From positions 1 through 12,123 of IMG/VR virus record IMGVR_UViG_2778261276_000001: a stretch of DNA of 12,123 nucleotides, one strand, 5' to 3'. Made by a program: the position numbers and the translations under genes. Below, in pieces: positions 7,731-12,123 of this stretch (position 1 is its first letter; each line of letters starts with the position of its first letter). This DNA is from a virus. Taxonomy: Duplodnaviria > Heunggongvirae > Uroviricota > Caudoviricetes. The notes under the pieces were generated by a model. The model had not been told where the DNA came from, searched no databases, and saw nothing but the letters and a program-made list of their open reading frames with translations.

Positions 7731-8063
7731 ATGGTGAAAAAGACTATTTATGTTAATCCTGACCGCGGACAAAACAGAAAAGTATCTGATAGAGGTCTTA
7801 CATCTCGAGACAGGAGGAGAATAGCGAGATGGGAAAAAAGGATAGCATATGCATTAAAAAACGGTGTAACACCTGGATTTAATGCTATAGATGACGGTCC
7901 TGAATATAAGATTAATGAAGAACCAATGGACAAAGTTGACAAAGCATTAGCAACACCATTTCCTCGCGATGTCGAAAAAATTGAAGATGAAAAATATGAG
8001 GATGTAATGCACAGAGTTGTTAATCACGCTCACCAACGAAATCCAAATAAAAAATGGTCATAG
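7731..8063 (+). CDS. nun: Transcription termination/exclusion factor Nun (HK022-type); the exact start is uncertain (ATG 7725, ATG 7731 or GTG 7734)
   Basis: Contains the ARM SRDRRRIARWEKRIAYALKNGV and the C-terminus ...HAHQRNPNKKWS with the penultimate Trp characteristic of HK022 Nun; overlaps the N stop codon. Confidence 0.85.
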   Translation: MVKKTIYVNPDRGQNRKVSDRGLTSRDRRRIARWEKRIAYALKNGVTPGFNAIDDGPEYKINEEPMDKVDKALATPFPRDVEKIEDEKYEDVMHRVVNHAHQRNPNKKWS

Positions 8064-8085
8064 CCCACTTCGGTGGGTTTTTTAT
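8064..8085 (+). terminator. Rho-independent terminator after nun
   Basis: CCCAC-ttcg-GTGGG hairpin followed by TTTTTTATT immediately after the nun stop. Confidence 0.75.
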
Positions 8086-8202
8086 TGTCTGAACAAATCT
8101 AATTTACTACCGCAAGCCACGCAGTGAAATGAGGGTTACCTGCTCAGGCCGCCAGAAGCAACGCGGAAAATCAATTCCAGCTTATTACGATTGAGGTGAG
8201 CC

Positions 8203-8340
8203 ATGCTCAAGAAAGTCAAACGCCGACTTTACAAAGAAGGTAGATATTCATGCCAGTTGCCAAAATGCGACACAACAAAATGGAGTGTCGATGACTGGTG
8301 TAACTGGATAGATAGATACGGAACTTGGTGGGATAAATAA
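8203..8340 (+). CDS. Small hypothetical protein (45 aa, basic N-terminus, Cys/Trp-rich) at the position of lambda sieB
   Basis: ATG preceded by GAGGTGA RBS; MLKKVKRRLYKEGRYSCQLPKCDTTKWSVDDWCNWIDRYGTWWDK; below the ORF-track size cut-off; leader sequence repeated upstream of two other ORFs. Confidence 0.4.
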   Translation: MLKKVKRRLYKEGRYSCQLPKCDTTKWSVDDWCNWIDRYGTWWDK

Positions 8341-8394
8341 CAGGTAACTTAAGCGTATTTACTTTCGCAGCAAACCACTTATTTGAGGTGAGAT

Positions 8395-8481
8395 ATGGAA
8401 GAAGAATTTGAAGAGTTCGAAGAGCATCCTCAGGATGTGATGGAACAATACCAGGACTATCCGTATGACTACGACTATTGA
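8395..8481 (+). CDS. orf28: orf28-like small acidic protein (28 aa)
   Basis: GAGGTGA RBS; MEEEFEEFEEHPQDVMEQYQDYPYDYDY; length 28 aa and a 17-nt overlap with the ral start match the lambda orf28/ral arrangement as I recall it. Confidence 0.55.
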   Translation: MEEEFEEFEEHPQDVMEQYQDYPYDYDY

Positions 8482-8562
8482 TAAAAATCAATGGTGTGGA
8501 CAATACGAACGACGACAATGATTGCCAGAGAACTTGGTAAACAGAACTACAAGGCTGCCTGA
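8465..8562 (+). pseudogene. ral: ral (restriction alleviation) with an internal ~103-bp frameshifting deletion
   Basis: N-terminus MTTTIDKNQWCGQ matches lambda Ral and stops after 18 codons (8465..8521); the Ral C-terminus MIARELGKQN.KAA is encoded in another frame at 8518..8562; junction at a CAAT microhomology. Confidence 0.6.
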
Positions 8563-8620
8563 TGGTGGCCTTTATTTTTGTCCGTAAATAATTTCATGCT
8601 TATTACAATCAAGGTGATAT

Positions 8621-9070
8621 ATGGAAGAACAAGCAAACAAGATTCTCGTAGAACTACTGCAAAAAGCCAGCAATGGAATAGATGCTGCTGTTTCATTTAG
8701 CCAAGCACAGATTCCTGATGTTGTTCATCAGTTGCTGCTATGGAATATGGTTGACAGTCTGATTAAAACATTAATAGCCATTCTAACAATCCCACTGGTT
8801 TTCTGGTTTATGAAGAAGCAGTGCCAAAGAGTTGAGACAGGTAAAATCGGTGATGAAGGATACTCATGGGAGAGGGGAAATCCCAAATACAGGCCGACAA
8901 TGGTTTGGGATAGCAAAGGAGATATTAACCTTCTTATCATGCCATTGGTTGGAGTTTTGACTCTGTGGGGGATTTTTATTATTGGTGTAGTAACCAATAT
9001 GACTTGGTTAAAAATTTGGCTGGCCCCAAAACTTTACCTTATCGAATATGCAGCATCATTGGTTAAGTAA
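8621..9070 (+). CDS. Hypothetical inner-membrane protein (149 aa, two predicted TM helices) inserted between ral and ea10
   Basis: Hydrophobic segments LIKTLIAILTIPLVFWFM and INLLIMPLVGVLTLWGIFIIGVV; AAGGTGA RBS; about 700 bp separates ral' and ea10 here versus about 180 bp in lambda as I recall it. Confidence 0.75.
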   Translation: MEEQANKILVELLQKASNGIDAAVSFSQAQIPDVVHQLLLWNMVDSLIKTLIAILTIPLVFWFMKKQCQRVETGKIGDEGYSWERGNPKYRPTMVWDSKGDINLLIMPLVGVLTLWGIFIIGVVTNMTWLKIWLAPKLYLIEYAASLVK

Positions 9071-9219
9071 TTTCAGGCCGCATAATCGTCCTTTATTTTT
9101 GGCATAAACAACAGAATAAACACTGCACTGTGTATTCATTCCAACGAGTGAATACACGGAGCAATGTCGCTCGTAACTAAACAGGAGCCGACTTGTTCTG
9201 ATTATTGGAAATCTTCTTT

Positions 9220-9248
9220 GCCCTCCGATGTGAGGGCGATTTTTTTCT
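9220..9248 (+). terminator. Rho-independent terminator-like hairpin upstream of ea10 (tL2-like position)
   Basis: GCCCTC-cgatgt-GAGGGC followed by GATTTTTTTTC. Confidence 0.6.
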
Positions 9249-9264
9249 GTGAGGATATGAACAG

Positions 9265-9633
9265 ATGTCAAACATCAAAAAATACATCATTGATTACGAC
9301 TGGAAAGCATCAATAGAAATTGAAATCGACCATGACGTAATGACAGAGGAAAAACTTCACCAGATTAATAATTTCTGGTCAGACTCTGAATACCGACTAA
9401 ATAAACACGGCTCTTTATTAAATGCTGTATTAATCATGCTGGCGCAACATGCTCTGCTTATAGCAATTTCGAAAGACTTAAATGCATATGGTGTTGTTTG
9501 TGAGTTCGACTGGGATGATGGAAATGGTCAGGAAGGATGGCCTCCAATGGATGGTAGTGAAGGAATAAGAATTACCGATATCGATACATCAGGAATATTT
9601 GATTCAGATGATATGACTATCAAGGCCGCCTGA
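9265..9633 (+). CDS. ea10: Ea10-like protein (lambda Ea10)
   Basis: 122-aa ORF of the same length and position as lambda ea10, immediately upstream of cIII; sequence appears lambda-like from memory. Confidence 0.8.
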   Translation: MSNIKKYIIDYDWKASIEIEIDHDVMTEEKLHQINNFWSDSEYRLNKHGSLLNAVLIMLAQHALLIAISKDLNAYGVVCEFDWDDGNGQEGWPPMDGSEGIRITDIDTSGIFDSDDMTIKAA

Positions 9634-9706
9634 GTGCGGTTTTACCGCATACCAATAACGCTTCACTCGAGGCGTTTTTCGTTATGTATAAATAAGGAGC
9701 ACACCA

Positions 9707-9870
9707 TGCAATATGCCATTGCAGGGTGGCCTGTTGCTGGCTGCCCTTCCGAATCTTTACTTGAACGAATCACCCGTAAATTACGTGACGGATGGAAACG
9801 CCTTATCGACATACTTAATCAGCCAGGAGTCCCAAAGAATGGATCAAACACTTATGGCTATCCAGACTAA
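9707..9870 (+). CDS. cIII: CIII, inhibitor of FtsH (protects CII)
   Basis: AAGGAG RBS; 54-aa product [54 protein letters not shown] matches lambda CIII as I recall it; overlaps kil. Confidence 0.93.
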
Positions 9871-9982
9871 ATTCACTATCGCCACTTTTATTGGCGATGA
9901 AAAGATGTTTCGTGAAGCCGTCGACGCTTATAAAAAATGGATATTAATGCTGAAACTGAGAGCAAGCAAAAGCATTCACTAA
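9839..9982 (+). CDS. kil: Kil (host cell division inhibitor), 47 aa
   Basis: Internal ATG with AGGAG RBS inside the longer track ORF 9713..9982; [47 protein letters not shown]; 46-nt overlap with gam as in lambda. Confidence 0.8.
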   Translation: MDQTLMAIQTKFTIATFIGDEKMFREAVDAYKKWILMLKLRASKSIH

Positions 9983-10353
9983 CCCCCTTTCCTGTTTTCC
10001 TAATCAGCCTGGCATTTCGCGGGCGATATTTTCACAGCTATTTCAGGAGTTCAGCCATGAACGCTTATTACATTCAGGATCGTCTTGAGGCTCAGAGCTG
10101 GGCGCGTCACTACCAGCAGATCGCCCGTGAAGAGAAAGAGGCAGAACTGGCAGACGACATGGAAAAAGGCCTGCCCCAGCACCTGTTTGAATCGCTATGC
10201 ATCGATCATTTGCAACGCCACGGGGCCAGCAAAAAAGCCATTACCCGTGCGTTTGATGACGATGTTGAGTTTCAGGAGCGCATGGCAGAACACATCCGGT
10301 ACATGGTTGAAACCATTGCTCACCATCAGGTTGATATTGATTCAGAGGTATAA
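9937..10353 (+). CDS. gam: Gam (RecBCD inhibitor), 138-aa long form
   Basis: Near-identical to lambda Gam as I recall it ([22 protein letters not shown]... to ...[10 protein letters not shown]). Confidence 0.95.
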   Translation: MDINAETESKQKHSLTPFPVFLISLAFRGRYFHSYFRSSAMNAYYIQDRLEAQSWARHYQQIAREEKEAELADDMEKGLPQHLFESLCIDHLQRHGASKKAITRAFDDDVEFQERMAEHIRYMVETIAHHQVDIDSEV

Positions 10354-10358
10354 AACGG

Positions 10359-11144
10359 ATGAGTACAGCACTCGCAACGCTGGCTGGGAAGCTGGCTGAA
10401 CGTGTCGGCATGGATTCTGTCGACCCACAGGAACTGATCACCACTCTTCGCCAGACGGCATTTAAAGGTGATGCCAGCGATGCGCAGTTCATCGCATTGT
10501 TGATCGTCGCCAACCAGTACGGCCTTAATCCGTGGACGAAAGAAATTTACGCCTTCCCTGATAAGCAGAACGGCATCGTTCCGGTGGTGGGCGTTGATGG
10601 CTGGTCCCGCATCATCAATGAAAACCAGCAGTTTGATGGCATGGACTTTGAGCAGGACAATGAATCCTGCACATGCCGGATTTACCGCAAGGACCGTAAT
10701 CATCCGATCTGCGTTACCGAGTGGATGGATGAATGCCGCCGCGAACCATTCAAAACCCGCGAAGGCAGAGAAATCACGGGGCCGTGGCAGTCGCATCCCA
10801 AACGGATGTTACGTCATAAAGCCATGATTCAGTGTGCCCGTCTGGCCTTCGGATTTGCTGGTATCTATGACAAGGATGAAGCCGAGCGCATTGTCGAAAA
10901 TACCGCATACACTGCAGAACGTCAGCCGGAACGCGACATCACTCCGGTTAACGATGAAACCATGCAGGAGATTAACACTCTGCTGATTGCCCTGGATAAA
11001 ACATGGGATGACGACTTATTGCCGCTCTGTTCCCAGATATTTCGCCGCGACATTCGCGCATCGTCAGAACTGACACAGGCCGAAGCAGTGAAAGCTCTTG
11101 GATTCCTGAAACAGAAAGCCACTGAGCAGAAGGTGGCAGCATGA
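10359..11144 (+). CDS. bet: Bet (Red beta single-strand annealing protein)
   Basis: 261-aa product [72 protein letters not shown]... matches lambda Red beta; 4-nt overlap with exo. Confidence 0.97.
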   Translation: MSTALATLAGKLAERVGMDSVDPQELITTLRQTAFKGDASDAQFIALLIVANQYGLNPWTKEIYAFPDKQNGIVPVVGVDGWSRIINENQQFDGMDFEQDNESCTCRIYRKDRNHPICVTEWMDECRREPFKTREGREITGPWQSHPKRMLRHKAMIQCARLAFGFAGIYDKDEAERIVENTAYTAERQPERDITPVNDETMQEINTLLIALDKTWDDDLLPLCSQIFRRDIRASSELTQAEAVKALGFLKQKATEQKVAA

Positions 11145-11821
11145 CACCGGACATTATACTGCAGCGTACCGGGATCGACGTGAGAGCTGTCGAACAGGGG
11201 GATGATGCGTGGCACAAATTACGGCTCGGCGTCATCACCGCTTCAGAGGTTCACAATGTGATAGCAAAACCCCGCTCCGGAAAGAAATGGCCTGACATGA
11301 AAATGTCCTACTTCCACACCCTGCTTGCCGAGGTTTGCACCGGTGTGGCTCCGGAAGTTAACGCTAAGGCGCTGGCCTGGGGAAAACAGTACGAGAACGA
11401 CGCCAGAGCCCTGTTTGAGTTTACTTCCGGCGTGAATGTTACTGAATCCCCGATCATCTATCGCGACGAAAGTATGCGTACCGCCTGCTCTCCGGATGGT
11501 TTATGCAGTGACGGCAACGGCCTTGAGCTGAAATGCCCGTTTACCTCCCGGGATTTCATGAAGTTCCGGCTCGGTGGTTTCGAGGCCATAAAGTCGGCTT
11601 ACATGGCCCAGGTGCAGTACAGCATGTGGGTGACGCGAAAAGATGCCTGGTACTTTGCCAACTATGACCCGCGTATGAAGCGTGAAGGCCTGCATTATGT
11701 CGTGATTGAGCGGAATGAAAAGTACATGGCGAATTTTGACGAGATGGTGCCGGAGTTCATCGAAAAAATGGACGTGGCACTGGCTGAAATTGGTTTTGTA
11801 TTTGGGGAGCAATGGCGATGA
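11141..11821 (+). CDS. exo: Exo (lambda exonuclease, Red alpha)
   Basis: 226-aa product [44 protein letters not shown]... matches lambda Exo. Confidence 0.97.
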   Translation: MTPDIILQRTGIDVRAVEQGDDAWHKLRLGVITASEVHNVIAKPRSGKKWPDMKMSYFHTLLAEVCTGVAPEVNAKALAWGKQYENDARALFEFTSGVNVTESPIIYRDESMRTACSPDGLCSDGNGLELKCPFTSRDFMKFRLGGFEAIKSAYMAQVQYSMWVTRKDAWYFANYDPRMKREGLHYVVIERNEKYMANFDEMVPEFIEKMDVALAEIGFVFGEQWR

Positions 11822-12000
11822 AGCATCCTCACGATAATATCCGGGTAGGCGCGATCACTTTCGTCTACTCCGTTACAAAGCGAGGCTGGGTATTTCCCGG
11901 CCTTCCTGTTATCCGAAATCCTCTGAAAGCACAGCGGCTGGCTGAGGAGATAAATAATAAACGAGGGGCTGTATGCACAAAGCATCTCCTGTTGAGTTAA
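11818..12000 (+). CDS. orf60a: orf60a-like protein
   Basis: 60-aa [32 protein letters not shown]... overlapping the exo stop (ATGA) and overlapped by the next gene by 28 nt, as in lambda. Confidence 0.8.
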   Translation: MKHPHDNIRVGAITFVYSVTKRGWVFPGLPVIRNPLKAQRLAEEINNKRGAVCTKHLLLS

Positions 12001-12123
12001 GAACGAGCATTGAGATGGCACATAGCCTTGCTCAAATTGGAGTCAAGTTTGTGCCAATACCAGTAGAAACAGACGAAGAATTTCATACGTTAGCCGCATC
12101 CCTTTCACAAAAGCTGGAAATGA
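11973..12123 (+). CDS. orf63: orf63-like protein, N-terminal part (runs off the window end)
   Basis: [50 protein letters not shown]... matches lambda orf63 in sequence and position; truncated by the window end. Confidence 0.75.
   Translation, partial: MHKASPVELRTSIEMAHSLAQIGVKFVPIPVETDEEFHTLAASLSQKLEM

Noticed and set aside
8216-8518. 100-aa minus-strand ORF in the nun to ral interval
   Set aside because: Antisense to orf28/ral and to the small plus-strand ORFs that have RBSs; no start context.
8621-9070. Calling the 149-aa membrane protein SieB
   Set aside because: I cannot recall the SieB sequence well enough, and the gene is shorter and sits in a different slot (ral to ea10 rather than N to orf28); left as hypothetical.
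8728-9271. Minus-strand ORFs 8728..8997 and 9056..9271
   Set aside because: Antisense to the membrane-protein gene and to the terminator region; the pL operon here is entirely plus-strand.
10241-11238. Minus-strand ORFs inside gam/bet/exo, plus ORFs 10085..10399 and 10594..10827
   Set aside because: Shadow or alternative-frame ORFs within confidently identified Red genes.
1-12123. Integrase, att sites, tRNA, CRISPR or IS elements
   Set aside because: No direct-repeat array, no tRNA-like sequence, no integrase/transposase-like ORF seen; the prophage ends are presumably outside this window.

Overview
This 12.1-kb window is a mosaic and almost certainly defective enterobacterial prophage segment. 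From memory of the protein sequences, with no database search run: Left part (1..6162, all minus strand) is a Mu/P2-like myovirus baseplate module: a hub-like 353-aa protein, spike (gpV-like, C-terminal HxH), gpW-like, gpJ-like, gpI/YmfQ-like and the start of a tail fibre. A lower-GC three-gene insertion with its own terminator sits between the hub and spike genes. Centre is a P22 c2 / phage-21-type immunity region: the cro gene is truncated after about 33 codons and fused in frame to tail-module sequence (deletion scar), with divergent pR/pRM, TTAAG-N4-CTTAA operators, and the c2-like repressor followed by a terminator. Right part (plus strand) is a lambda-like pL operon: pL with an OL operator, nutL (boxA plus a phi21-type boxB), a phi21-type N, an HK022-type nun, a 45-aa ORF where lambda has sieB, orf28, an internally deleted ral, an inserted 149-aa two-TM membrane protein, then ea10, cIII, kil, gam, bet, exo, orf60a and the start of orf63, which look near-identical to lambda. 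No tRNA, rRNA, CRISPR array, integrase or att site was seen. The best candidate for an undescribed system is the overlapping 243-aa + 142-aa pair (R-x6-H, HEPN-like motif) with an adjacent secreted protein inside the baseplate operon; the membrane-protein insertion between ral and ea10 is second.
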